Below, piece by piece: positions 22,790 through 36,188 of a DNA stretch of 64,000 nt. Every line of letters starts with the position of its first letter. The first letter of the stretch is position 1. The notes below the pieces were generated by a model. It was not told the DNA's origin, ran no database searches, and was given only the letters and a program-made list of their open reading frames with translations. Source of the DNA: Leucoraja ocellata (Eukaryota); assembly GCA_036785375.1 (NCBI GenBank), contig JAWMAR010000485.1, forward strand, positions 62,001 to 126,000, read 5' to 3'. The position numbers and the translations under genes were made by a program.

Positions 22790-24960
22790 TAAGAATATAG
22801 GGCTAAGAGAATAGGTCAGATGAATATGTGGCTAAAGGGAAGGCATGTGAGGAAGAGCTTTAGATTTCTTGGGAAGATGAGACGGGTTGCACGAGAACTA
22901 GACAAAGTAAAATATTCCCAAGGAGGTTCGGAAAGATTTAAACTAATTGGGCCTGGAAATGGGACACAGAGGAGATGTGCATTTGGATGAATAATGCAGT
23001 TAAATATAGGAGGAAAAATTAGACCAGTAGTCAGACATGAGCAAAAGACATATTGGAGGAATACATGGCAAAATTATAACTGTTTTAACGCAAGAAGTCT
23101 GATTAGTAAAGCAGATTAACAGACCATTGATCAGCGCATAGGAATGTGATATAATTGTGATCATATAGACATAGTTGAAAGAAAGACAGGACTGGCAACT
23201 CAACGTTGCAAGATACACAGTCTTCAGGTGCAATGGGCGGTGAGGGGAGATTCAAAAGAGGAAATAGCATTGCAGTATTGACTATGGAGACCAACACTGC
23301 AGTAGTAATGGACAAGCTTTTCAAAATGAGACCATGTGGTTAGAGTTTGCACACAGAAAGGAGGCAATCGCCTTGCTTGGGGTGTATTACAGACCTCCTA
23401 ACAGTCCGCAGGAGATTGAGGAGCAGGAATGTAGACAGCATCCAGGGAAAGTTGTCACATTGGATTCAAAATTGGCTTAGTGTTAGGGAGTAGAGGGTGA
23501 TGGTGGAGGGTTTTTGACACGATTGGAAGGCTGGTGTACCACCGACATGGATTCTTACTGTTTCCTACATATATTAGTGATTTGGATAGGAAATATAGTA
23601 GGTATGATCGGTAAGTTTGCAGATGGCATGAAAATTGGTGCTGTTGTTCATAGTGAGAACTATATTTGTAGGTGCAGGATGATGCTGATTAGTTGATAAA
23701 ATTATGAGACATTTCATGATGGGTAGAGCAATGCAGGTGGAATGTAATCTTGATAAATGCATGGGAGGACTAATACAGATAGGCCATACACAATGAATGG
23801 TGTGGGCTTAAAGGGTATTGAGAAACAGAGTGTCCTGAGTGTACAAGTCCACAAAACCTCAAAGTTGGCAGATAAGGTGGTATAGATGCTTGGACATAGA
23901 ATATAGGAGTGGGGTATTAAAATTAAAATATTGGTTAAGCCACAGGTAGACTACCATGTATGGTTCTGGTTGCTACACTACAGGAAAGATGCTCCCTGGT
24001 CCGCTGAGTTCCAGCGGTGTATTTTATTGCGACAGGAAAGGCAAGATTGCACTGGAGAGTGCAGAGCAGATGCATCAGATGCACCCTAGCACAGAGCATT
24101 TCCTTTATGAGGAGGGACTGGAGTTTCTGGGATTGTTTTCCTTGGGTGGAGGAGACTGAGATGGGTCCTGATTGAGGAATATAAAATGATGAGGGATGGG
24201 ATGTGCAATAAAAAACCTTTCCCCTTGGCAGAGATATCTAAAACTAGAAGACGTGGGTTGAATGTAACGGGTAATATGTTTCAAGGTGATCTGAGGAAGA
24301 ACGTTCTCACCCAGAGGAGTAGTTGGATTCTGGAACACATTGCCTGTTAACTTTTATGTGGCTGTGTGTCCTGTTGCTTTTCACTTAGTATGGCTGTATG
24401 GTAACTCAAATTTCACTGTACCTTAATTGGTACATGTGACAATAGACTGACCTTAAAACATTGAATGGGTGATAGCAGCAAGTACATTCACAATGTTTAT
24501 GAAGTATCTAGATGAGCAAATAAATCCTCAAACCATTCTTTGGGCAGCACTGTGGCGCAGCAGTAGAGTTGCTGCCTTCAGCTCCAGAGACCCGGGTTCA
24601 ATCCTGACTACCGATGCTGTCTGTATGGAGTTTGTACGTTCTCCCCATGACCTGTGAGAGGGTTTTCCGGCTGCTCTAGTTTCCTCCCACACTTCAAAGA
24701 CATCCAGGTTTGTAGGCTAATTGGCTTGGTAAACTTGTAAATTGTCCCTTGTGTGTAGGATAGTGTTAGTGTGTTGGGATCACTGGTTGGTGTGGACTCG
24801 GTGGGCCGAAGGGCCTGTTTCCACGCTATATCTCTAAACTAAACTAAACTAAACTCAGAAGGCTATGGACCAAATGCTGGTAAATGGAATTAGTATACAA
24901 AGCACTTGATAGATGACATAAACATGGTGAGCCAAAGAAACTGGTTCTGTGCTAAATGAT
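22790..24960 (+). mobile_element. Old CR1 with AP-endonuclease and RT remnants
   Basis: CFNARSLISKAD at 23081, GVYYRPPNS at 23379, MIGKFADGMKIG at about 23600 and a degenerate C-terminal domain; contains nested insertions. Confidence 0.75.
24542..24855 (+). mobile_element. HE1-like V-SINE
   Basis: Full head/core/tail with (AAACT)n end. Confidence 0.9.
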
Positions 24961-25809
24961 TCTAAGAAAGGTGCTATATTAACGCAGTGTTATTTTCTTC
25001 CATGGATTTGGTTTTTGCTAATGATTTACTAATTGCTAATGAATGAGAGCCACTGAATCATTCAAAATGGGACGAGTTGGGAATGGGACGTGCCTGTTCA
25101 CTTACCGGATTTAGGCAGTGCGCTGTTCATCTTTCTCTTCAGCTTGTGCCTTTCTGTTCTCACAGATCACAGTGATCAATTTTCTTGTCAGGCGAGGTTA
25201 TAGCAGGTACATATCAGGCCGATCATGTAACAATGGAAGCCATGCGAGTTCTCCATTGAGAGACCAAATTGCCGGGCTCCATGGGAGTTCATGCCTTCAC
25301 AGTCACTGATGATGGCCGTATTGATCTCATGCCAATAGAAAACATGCCAATTACAAGCTGAGAGAAACCATGCCCTTCCTGTGCCAAGAGACCAAACTGG
25401 TTCCTGCCGTGCGATGGCACTTTTCTATGCTAGGTATTCATGGGGTAAATCAACCACATATGTAGAAGAGCCATCACGACATATGCCTTGGAGACTCTGC
25501 CAACCATTGCCAGGCTTCTCGTAAATTGAAGTTGCATTAAGAGACCTTGCTCAGTCTATTCCTGGAGAGACCATCTGCTCTACTGCAGGAGCTGATGCAC
25601 GTGCTCAAGTTATATAATCTTTGCAAGTAACTGGCTCCTGTTACAAAACAGTCACACAGCTTGTCTGATTGCACAGTTGGTGAGAGTGGGATGAAAGTGA
25701 GCCATTGGTTTTAAGATATCCCAAGGTCAGAGTGTCTGCACACATCTGACATATAGTGGCGTACTCTGAGCTATAGACAGAAAATTGTTGATCATTTACT
25801 CCTTGAGGT

Positions 25810-26240
25810 CAGGTCAAGAATGTTTTATCATTATATATCCCAAAACAGAACAAGAAAATTCAACACAACAATGCAGCACATATGTAAAACAAAAAATGCA
25901 GCACAACAGATATGTAAAGATAGGACTCTGTAAACACCATGATAAGCAATTAAAAAGTTCAGTATTTAAAAACAAACAATAATTGTGGAAACCAAAAACA
26001 ATGCTCCAGATCTATGTAGTTCTGAGCTCAGTTAGAAGTTGTAACGTTTAATAGCCTGATGGTTGTTGAGAAGTAGCTGCAACTGAACCTGGGATGTTAC
26101 CGTTTTCAGGTTCCTCCTATAGCTTCTTCCCAACGGCAGGAGTGAAATGGGAGAGTGGCCAGGGTGGTGTGGGTCTATGATGATACTGGTTGCCTTTTTG
26201 AGACAGTGACTCTTGTAGATCCCTTTGATGGTTGGGTGGA
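25810..26240 (-). mobile_element. Rex1/L2-group LINE 3' remnant
   Basis: Minus strand translates as IYKSHCLKKATSIIIDPHHPGHSPISLLPLGRSYR, resembling the DPxHPxH.LF.LLPSGRRYR C-terminal motif. Confidence 0.65.
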
Positions 26241-26304
26241 CTTGCTACAGTGAGATTACCCAGTGCTGGTAACTGTGTCGATGTAGTTATGCATTACATT
26301 ACAC

Positions 26305-26510
26305 AATAGGTGCAGGAGTAGGCCATTCGGCCCTTCGAGCCAGCACCACCATTCAATGTGATCATGGCTGATCATCCCGATCAGTACCCCGTTCCTGCCT
26401 TCTCCCCATATCCTCTGACTCTGCTATTTTTAAGAGCCCTATCTAGCTCTCTCTTGAAAGCATCCAGAGAACCCGCCTCCACCGTCCTCTGAGGCAGAGA
26501 ATTCCACAGA
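26305..26510 (-). mobile_element. CR1 3' end
   Basis: Reverse complement of the 3' region seen at 3757-3960. Confidence 0.85.
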
Positions 26511-28099
26511 TTGAATGAACTAAGTCACAACCAACAGTGAACACTAGGGTTATGATGAGTTGCATATTGATAAATTATGGACAGCTACAGATAAACCAGT
26601 ATGCTCCTGAGTATACAGTAAAGAGTTCATAATTAGTTTTAATTTAATAAGTTCATTATTTTATCTTTTCATCGGTTAAGGCTATGTTTCACAATAGTAA
26701 GACCATTCTCCTCTCAGAATCATTAATCCTTAGTAGTGAGGAGATGGAGCACTGGGGAGGATGATGATTTGATAGCTGTAATGATGACAACAGTTGTGTC
26801 CCTCATCTGGTCATTGTACCTAGGAAAACCAAGGTGTGATTGACCCATCTAAGTCAGTTTTGAGTTCATCTGGATAAAATTTGTCACAAGAATAGGAAAA
26901 TCACACTTAATTTTTCAGTCCGGAAAGAAGAAGAATGGAATTGGTTCCTTTTGCAGAGCTGCATGTGGATATGGAAATTGGGCATAGATAGGGTTAAGTC
27001 TGGTTCTGAATTACTCTCAGAATAAAATAGGAGGTCTTACTTATGAGGCCAATTTTTCCTCCCAGATTTTGTCTGCAGCAAAATTGTAAACCCATTTATA
27101 GCATGTATTCTGAAGACTTTGCTATATTTGGGAAATATTACCTCATGTCAAACATCCATGCAGCTCTGGAAAGGGGCGGTGTTTCAGGAGGGAAATTAAA
27201 ATATTATTTCCAGAAGGGAAACAATGAATTGGAAGAAATTATACCATTTGAGGGCTTCAAATTAAATACATATTTAAAAAAAAAAAGTGATAAATATTTT
27301 ATTCCTGTTTGAAGCAATGAACCACCTTCTTGAGAATTGGAGATTTTTCTTTAAGCAGGAAAATGATCAAGCTGCCTGAAAGGGTGGAGGGACAGATTCA
27401 ATGATAACCTTCATGGTAGATTGAATGAATGCTTGGAAATGAAACACAAGTCTGAGATTATTGAGAAATTGTCAAGGGATGGGGTTAATCGGAACACTCT
27501 TCCAAAACAATTGGCACATGTACAATGGTTAGAATTACTTTTTCTACTTTAACACTGAGTTTGTTGGTTTATCTAATCTTGTTTCCGCCACGGGAGAGTC
27601 TAGAATGAGAGGGCAGAGTTCCAAGATCAAGCAATTTAAAACTGACAGTGTAGGAAATTCACCCAGACAATGGCCAATCCATGGAATTCTTTCGCCCAGA
27701 AGGTTGTGGAGGCTTGATCACTGGGATATTTAAAGAGGAGCTAGATATTTTTTTTGAGAGGTCACAGAATTGGGGCACTGGGTAACTGGCACAGAAGAGG
27801 AGCAGAAAGGAAGCGTGGATCAGAATGGGCCATTATCATATTGAAGGGCAGGCAGGCTAGAGGAGCTGAGTGGCCTACTCCTGCTCATCTTTTATATGTT
27901 TTTATGTTCTAATCTATACTGGGCGAAGGCTCATTCATAGAAATCTTTCATTCCTCTGTATGCTGAAACAAGAGGGGATTCCTTCCATTGAGAAGATCAG
28001 TAAGTCTTTCCTGAATGCTTTCCCAACAATTAGGTAGCTTGTGCATCTCTGTGTTTTGCTAAGGCAGGCTGATGATTTCACAAACCTTCTCAAGCATTT

Positions 28100-28228
28100 A
28101 GCATACACCGTGAATGGCTCGATTGTAATTATGTATTGTCTTTCCACTGGCTGGTTAGCATGCAACAAAAGCTTTTCACTGTACCCCGCCCGGTACACGT
28201 GACAATAAACAAAAGCTAAACTGAACTG
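28100..28228 (+). mobile_element. L2/Rex1-type 3' tail
   Basis: TTTCACTGTACC...GGTACACGTGACAATAAAC stem-loop tail; a related copy lies at about 24380-24445. Confidence 0.5.
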
Positions 28229-29293
28229 CTTCCAACAGTGTTGTCGCTCTATGATTATTGTGCTCACATCTCTTATTGGCTTCAGACCACTTAGCCTTCA
28301 GACTTAGAGTCAAGGAGCTGAGCTCTGGCTGACATTAATTATACCCCAATTTCTTGAGATCTTTGCTGCTCTGATAGGAACATGATATTGACTTGATCCG
28401 CCATCCATCCATGTTCTCCAGAGATGCGGTCTGACCCGCTGAGATACACCAGCATTTTGAGTCTTTTTTTTAAACTGGCTTTTACAGTTCCCTGATTCTA
28501 TTCTTTGTTTGCTTCTCCAAGTTCATCCATTTGACCAACTTTTTATGTCACCCTGTATTAAATCTCTTCCTTTCTAGCCTGGCTTCCATTTCCCTTGTGT
28601 CTCTTTATGTGTATACAGTTTATAAAAGCAGAGTTGTGTAAGTGAGTTGTGTACACTGGGGTGACATTTACGATGAATTCAACCTTTAATGGAGTGTGAA
28701 ACTGACTGAAGGGGAGTTTCAGAGTTGTATCTCTGAAATCACTGTGCGGTTTTGTATTTTGAATGAAACACAAGAGTCCCTTTCATTAAATAACCTCTAC
28801 AGCAGTCAAACCTTTATGGTTGTTCTTCTTCTTGCGTATGGCGTGCACAGCCTAAAGTTGTAGGACAACTTGTTCTATTTGATTGTGCACGCTGGGCTGA
28901 TTGCATTCGTCGAAACAGGGAAGGTTGCAATCTTCCACCCCAACATTTATGGATAGAAAAGATCTTGAAGAATGTGGGCAGGTGGGACTAGTATGGATGG
29001 GGCATGTTGGTCGGTATAGGCAAGATGGGACGAAGGACCTGTTTCCATGCTGCATGACTCTATGACAGGATAGGATGCCATTATGCAGTAGCTGGTCTAT
29101 TATTGTGGAGACAGATTTTCTTACTATGAATTAGATGCAAGTCTGACCTTGGGACAAGGGCAGGGCTATTCTTACCTATGTCTGATGAGTAGGTGTGAAG
29201 TGCCTTCTGACGCATTAACCTGAGAACAAGAGCAACCTGAAATGCTTCAGTTTTATTCCATCTGTTTAGAAAGTGATGAAGGGAAAGTTGATG

Positions 29294-29490
29294 GTTACAC
29301 AAAAAAGCTGGAGAAACTCAGCGGGTGCAGCAGCATCTATGGAGCGAAGGCAATAGGCAACGTTTCGGGCCGAAACCCTTCTTCAGACGGAGTGTTTCCT
29401 TCGCTCCATAGATGCTGCTGCACCCGCTGAGTTTCTCCAGCTTTTTTGTGTAACCTTCGATTCTCCAGCATCTGCAGTTCCCTCTTAAAC
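29294..29490 (+). mobile_element. Palindromic Penelope mini-element
   Basis: 58-bp perfect arms 29293-29350/29398-29455; same 3' end TTCCCTCTTAAAC as the 1822 copy; TSD AAGGGAAAGTTGATG at 29279-29293 and 29491-29505. Confidence 0.88.
29359..29386 (-). ncRNA. Minimal hammerhead ribozyme motif
   Basis: CTGAAGAAGGGTTTCGGCCCGAAACGTT on the minus strand, core intact. Confidence 0.7.
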
Positions 29491-29922
29491 AAGGGAAAGT
29501 TGATGTTTTGTTGAAACAAGTTTGTAACAGCACTTTATGCAAATATATGTGCGTGGAGTAATATTGTGATTCGTGCATTGGGAACTGGGTGAATGAAGCT
29601 GTAATTGGCAGCAATTAACAGATTGCATGAGATTTGGATCTTGCCTTGGTAATTAAATGAATACCATAGACTCTCGTTGGGCTTTAACATTATCTATCCC
29701 TTGATAGGTGATGTAGGTAAGCATATGAGGGACAACGGATTAGAATGATGTGCTGATGAGGTTTTCATTATTGGGGTTGGAGAAAACTCACTTGCATTAT
29801 AAGCACTGAGCATTAGGGACCAAATGGCCCACTTCTGCATTGTATTCTGTAATTTAAGAGAGTGTTGTCCACCAGTATGGTTGCAGCTGGAGGATAAAAT
29901 CAGCATTTGGGAACTGGATATG

Positions 29923-30141
29923 TATAAGAAAGAACTGCGGATGCTGAAAAAATCGAAGGTAGACAACAAATGCTGGAGAAACTCAGTGGGTGAGGCAGCA
30001 TCTATGGAGAGAAGGAATTGGCGACGTTTCGGGTCGAGACCCTTCTTCAGACTGAAGAAGGATCTCGACCCGAGACGTTGCCAATTCCTTCTCTCCATAG
30101 ATGCTGCCTCACTCGCTGAGTTTCTCCAGCATCGTTTGTCT
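29923..30141 (-). mobile_element. Palindromic Penelope mini-element (second subfamily)
   Basis: About 90-bp arms around centre 30051 (CTTCTTCAG-A-CTGAAGAAG); TSD ATTT(G/A)GGAACTGGATATG at 29905-29922 and 30142-30159. Confidence 0.88.
30023..30050 (-). ncRNA. Minimal hammerhead ribozyme motif
   Basis: CTGAAGA-A-GGGT-CTCG-ACCC-GAAA-CG-TC on the minus strand; GUC cleavage triplet. Confidence 0.7.
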
Positions 30142-31938
30142 ATTTAGGAACTGGATATGGTTTGTAAATATTATTAACACTAGTTTACAGGATTATAATC
30201 CAGCAATGTGCTCAGAACAGGAGATTTGAGAAAGGTAATCCAGGATATGGCTTGAAACAGAACATCCATGGCATCAATTCATGAGCAGAGCAAAAGGGGG
30301 CAGTGCTAATGGTTAACCTGATAGATACCATAAATAGCCGAGAGTTGACCAGAGCTCTGTGAGAGTGGGGACTGCAGTTGGGCTCTGCGGTTGTCAAACT
30401 ATATTGTTTTATTGGAACTTGAGGCAGGGCAATAGCTTGCAGTCCGCAGGGCAGCGTATTTTAGTGCTATCAGTTGCTGGTACATCCCGTCCACAGGCCA
30501 ATGACAAGTACTCAATGCCAGACTTCTACAAAATGACAATGAAATAAGAGCAGCTGCTGAAAAGAAATGTGATTAAATGACATTAGGCCAAGTTCCATTT
30601 ATATTTAATAGCAGGATTTGTACATCTGGACAGAGGAAAAAGCAACGTAGATTGCAGACGTGGGGATTGGCGACAGATAGAGATTACTGATTAAAAGTAC
30701 CAGCCGGGATTTGCCCATGGCTTTTTTTTGAGAAAGAAATGCAGCTGTTTGAGGATAAGTGGGTTGATTTGAGATTTGCAAAGTAAAATATGCTTCAGAT
30801 CCCTCTGGTGTGTGCTTGTGCGTAGCAGATGAGTGATGGGATGTGCAGAATAGCAACAATAGCACCAGCAGACACTAAACCATTGGATGCTCTCAGTGCG
30901 AGAGAGGCTCTCTAGTTAATTGTGTTTGTGCCAAGTCTTTGCCAGAAAAATCCAAAACCAATCCCACTGCCCTCCCCTCCCTGCAGACACGTATTTCGTT
31001 GTTTCATATGTTTATTCACGTCCCTTAAAAGAAAACCTATTGATATTAGATTGGTATCAGTTTCTCCCAGAAGTAAACTATTTCATACTTTCACAAAACA
31101 CCAAGATAGTTTTCATAACCTCTCCGCTCACTCCTGAGAATTAAGAACATTTTGTCTATTCCCCATTTCCCTGTGAATTCGGCTCAAGCCTGGTTGAGAA
31201 TCTTAAGAGTTCAGGGCCGAGGGAGTAGTGGCTTTTAAACAAGAGGATCCCCTTTCCTTTCCATCAGGTCATAAAACGAGCAAGGTGTCATTCATTCACT
31301 GATGAAGCCCAAGGGCATTTTCCCCATTAAATACAATGACTACTTGCTGTTCCTGTGACAGTTTTGCCAGATAAAGATGTCTTGACCTTTTCAACATTCT
31401 GATTTGATTAAGAAGCTTGCGTGTGGCCTTGCATTATTTCTGCTCCGTCTGATACTTGCTCCCTAGGCAGAGTATCCTTCTATTTCTAGTGTTCTATTTC
31501 TTGATTATTTTTTTTCCTCTCCTTATGCTAAATTTACTACTTGGGACCTGAACTCAACACACTCCCGATCTCCCTGACGCTACCCCATTCTGGTCAATTA
31601 CCTTCCACCAGAATGATACATACAGAATAAATTGCAATACACCATTGTTAACGAGACCCCAGCCAGCTTTTCTTTTACATTGATGGTTATACACATCAAT
31701 TAATGTTTGCCCATTAGTCTTTTAAATAGTTAGATGAAGGGTGGTACAGCGATGGTTTCAGCAGATCAAAAAACATAGCAGTTTAGGCCCCACATTTGGG
31801 CTCAATTAATTCTTCCAGTCGTATCATTTCTGAAGGTTATTTTTGGTGGATTTTAATCCTGGTTCTGAATCTCTATAAATGTTGAGTATTCGTTGCTAAT
31901 AAGACCCAATAAAGTACACCATCAGAAACTCAAACCAT

Positions 31939-32144
31939 GGTGGCGCAGCGGTAGAGTTGCTGCCTTACAGCGCTTGCAGCGCCGGAGACCCGGGTTCGAT
32001 CCCGACTATGGGTGCTGTCTGTACGGAGTTTGTACGTTCGCCCCGTGACCGCGTGGGTTTTCTCCGAGATCTTCAGTTTCCTCCTACATTAAGTAGGCTG
32101 ATGTGCCCAGTTCCGTGCCGTATCTCTAAACTAAACTAAACTAA
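31939..32144 (+). mobile_element. HE1-like V-SINE, internally deleted
   Basis: TGGCGCAGCGG and GGTTCGATCCC boxes, V core, (AAACT)n tail. Confidence 0.85.
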
Positions 32145-35100
32145 CCATTTTTCCAATTTGACGAGATTTGACTCTCAAGTATTAATTCAGTGGATAAGTT
32201 TTTGAACCATGTTGTGTAAATAAGTGGTATGAATTTCTGCTGCAAGTGTAGGAAACAAATTTCCAATTATAAACAGTTGATGACTCAGGATAATGAAATA
32301 TTATAAATGTCACATAACTGTTCTTTAGTATTTTTTAATTTTGCAATGACACAACCATATTGCTTGTATTGCAGTTTATAGATGTCTTGATTGAAACAAA
32401 ATATTTTGGCAAGGGAAATATATCTATAAAAAATGGTCATTATTACCCTTGGGCTTTCTCTTAATTTCCGAGGTTTTCTTCCCTTTATGTGGAGTCTTAT
32501 TTTATCATCACCAATAATTACTTGTTCCATCTCTGGCCTGCAAAACTTCTAATCGTTCTCACTTGGAAGCTTGGAGATTCAGAACAGCTTCCAAATATCT
32601 CTGATCCGTGCCTGATGCAGATCAATTGCATAATTGTTGCAGTGATTAATCAACAGCTCTGCTCCGCCTGTATCATTCTACAAAGATAATGGAAGGTGAA
32701 TTAAAGAGACCTTGGGCCGTCTTGCCTAATAATTCATTTTTATTGGCCAATAATTCCTCCGTACAATGTTGTCATTCCTTTTCAATAATAACACTTCACT
32801 TCACATTGTAAAGAAAAATAAATGTGACCCATAATATCATTCAGAATGAACATCCTTGCGTTCTTAGTGCATCCTTGAAAACTCGGTGCCACTTATTTTT
32901 CTTTCTATCCCAATTATTGGAAAATCCATGTCAGAATATGAAGACAACCTTCATGCTTGAATGGTAGAAGGGAATACATCCTTTACTCTACAAATTAATG
33001 ACCCACTACCAAAAATCACAGTTTTCCCAAAGACCACTGTGCAGCCACAATGCCTTTTGATTTTGTTGGTGTACCATTTATTTTGAAAAGTTACAGATAA
33101 AGTTTTCTCCCAATACTGTTCATATAGTTGAAGGCTTCAAAGAACAAAGATCTATTCGTGTGTGTTTAATGAGAGTGAGCCAGTGTGCCCAGAATTAACA
33201 GTTACCCTTTTCAACTATAATTGGATTCCAGAACCCATAAAGATATCCAGCACACATACCTTGTGCTTTGGGCAAGTAGACTCTCAGTACCAGATCGAGT
33301 TGCACAGGTGAACATTGTTGAGCATTCAGATTTAGAACAATACAATGAAGTGCTTGAAGGCGAGAAGATAGGAAAATATTTTGAAAAATAACAGTTCACA
33401 GTAGTTTTAAAAATATTCTGCAAAATTGTAGCAGTTTCTTTGTAGATTTCTACAAAGCAGAAGTCACGTAACATTCCAAATCTAAGTTCAGATCCCAAAA
33501 TAGAATTAAATCTGCTCTATCAGAACCATAATTTATGTCAAGTGAAACTTTTCTGGGTTACAGAAAAGCTGTAGATCAGTAGGTATTCTGAGAGTAATTT
33601 TATTTATCCCTTGTGGAGAGACTTTAATGTCAGGATGTAACCGTCTATCAGCAGAAAGCTTTCATTTCTGCTTTAATTAAATTTCTCCATCCTTGTGTAT
33701 ACTAACTATCACACATTAACATGTTGCACATCCTGTCCAAGACAAGTATTAATGAATCTTTGAGTAGAGGTGATGATAAAAGGAGAATTTACCCAGGACA
33801 GAAATTGCTAATAATCAGACAATGTCTGAGCTTTGATTATAGAATCCTCTATCAAATTTCCAGATCTGTCTAGTTTTCTAATGACTGCCTAATGCCTGCC
33901 TCAATTAAGCAAGGGTTCCCTTATAATCCAAGCTTATCTTCAAAGTTTTTTTAAATCTTAAACAGGTACAATTCCTCATTACCCTCTCCAGTTTCACAAC
34001 CCTGACATTTTTCCATTTTCCATTATTAGTATTCCATCTCGTCCATAATATGCATGTCTGAGGAATACTGTTATACCTTGGTCCTTGTTAGTTGTAGTAT
34101 TGAAGTGCAGTTATTTAATATGCTAGACATGAGATAATGCTCTTACCACTGCATTGAATAATGAGGGCAGTACCAGTCACCTTATCCCCATAATATCAAT
34201 ATAGCAGTTCCTCGGGCTTAGACATCTTCAACTGCTTCCTCAAAGGCATACCTTGAACCAGAATTTCAGAAGTGGAGTTGTTTGCACGTCCAGTTCTGTT
34301 CCCAATTTCTCAGCTAATGTAGTTGTGGCCCATGTGCATCAAGCTTGAGGTAATAATTAGACTTTAGCTGACAAGTCATATTTTCATTACTTTGTTAAGA
34401 AACAGCCACATTATTACTAGAATCAAACCCCAACCATCAACATCCTGGAGGCCACCATTAACCAGAGTCCTGATATAAATATCATGGCCAAGAAAACATT
34501 GTGCATGAAACCCTCATAAAATATGAAGCATCACTCGAGAAGTGACTGGAAGAGCCAGCTTTGACCAATTCTGAAGGTACGGCAACAATCATATTTGAAG
34601 GCCAGTCCACCATCCACCTGCAGTCATCACCAGCCTCACTCTGCACAATGAACACAGAATTCTTGCATCTACAAACACCTTGTCGCAGCCGATATTTACG
34701 CCTAACACACATCTTCACAGATGGCATGGACCTCAATTCACCATCTCCAGGGCATCTCAGAGACCATTCCATAGGAGGCATACAGGATGCCAGCATTGTT
34801 TACAAGGAGCCACTGCCTTATCAGGATACTAATGTCTGTCTAGGCCATATTTTCTCAGGATGATCCTCATGGAGCTCTATGTTCATAAAATCTCACGTAC
34901 AAGCACACATATGTTCCTGGACAACACGTGGTCGAGGACCGTGTCTCTGTCAATGAATTACAAATGTTCTCAAATGGGTCATAAGGTATATGATCAGAGG
35001 AGCATGGATCAGGAGTAGTAAACTCAGCCGCTCAAGCCTGCTCTACCGTTTAATACGATCATAATTGATCTAACTGCAACTCAACTTCACATACCCATCT

Positions 35101-35396
35101 CCCCAACACTAAGCCTTCACTCTCTTGCTAATCAACGATCTATTTAACCCAGCCCAAAATATATCACTTTGCTTTCACTGATCTGCGAGGAAGAGAGTTG
35201 CAGAGACAGAAGACCAGCTGAAAGATGTGCACCGGGAAGATTGGCTTGCTTTGTAGGTATTTGGCCTCTGACATTATCTCAAGGGAAAAGTAAATGTAAT
35301 TTAAATGAGAAATGAAGTTGCCTTTTTTCCAAGGATGGATGGTGATGACAAATAGACTTTCTCAACAATGCCTCTGGTTCTGAGTAAGCCCCTGTT

Positions 35397-35640
35397 GCTA
35401 CATAGAAACATAAAAGGATAGAAAAATATGTGCAGGAGTAGGCCATTCGGCCCTTTGAGCCAGCATTGCCATTCAATATGATCATGGCTGATCATCTAAA
35501 ATCAGTACCCCGACCCTGCTTTTTCCCCATATCCCTTGATTCCTTTAGCCCAGAGAGCTAAATCTAACCCTCTCTTGAAAACATCCAGCGAATTGGCCTC
35601 CGCTACCTTCCGTGGCAGAGAATTCCACAGATTCACAACA
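35397..35640 (-). mobile_element. CR1 3' end
   Basis: Reverse complement of the CR1 3' UTR with (TTCTATGT)-type tail. Confidence 0.85.
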
Positions 35641-36047
35641 TCTAGCTGAGACGGAGGAAGGAAGGCTCTGTCCATTTTTGGCTCAGTAGATGTCTTGGAG
35701 TCACAGCTGCAGTATGAAGGTTGCAGTGAGAGATTGGATCATTCTAATGAAGACTACTTGTAAGGTTGTGGTAGCTGAAATAATGTTGCAACTGTAAGTG
35801 ATTTTAAAGTGAGCGTGCAGGGAGTGGTGGACGTAACGGGATTTACAAGTACCTTTCCCTGATCAGACGCTGTATCTTGGTACATCCACATGTGTGTCCT
35901 CTTGAGGTTGCCGGATGCCTGTGAGGCCCCTGTGGCTGTGGGTCTGGGCTGAGTAGTTCTCCATCCTCGACTTCCTCTTCCGCCAGGTGCACGTTTTCAC
36001 CTGAGTACTTCTGCTGTCTGGCCTCAACATGCAATGCTTCAGCTCAT

Positions 36048-36188
36048 CTGAAGAAGGATCTCGACCCGAAACGTCACCCGTCCTTTCTCTCCAGAAATGC
36101 TGCCTGTCCCGCTGAGTTACTCCAGTGTCTCCCTTCAATTTTGTGTCTACCTTCAATTTAAACCAGCATCTGCAGTTCTTTCCTACAC
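36048..36188 (+). mobile_element. Penelope mini-element, sense arm only, starting at the hammerhead core
   Basis: CTGAAGAAGGATCTCGACCCGAAACGTC...CTGCAGTTCTTTCCTACAC; flanking TTCAGCTC(A/G)TCT duplication. Confidence 0.82.

Noticed and set aside
34050-34960. Possible very old LINE (CR1/RTE-like) remnants
   Set aside because: Only faint motif resemblance; too degraded to assign or bound by eye.
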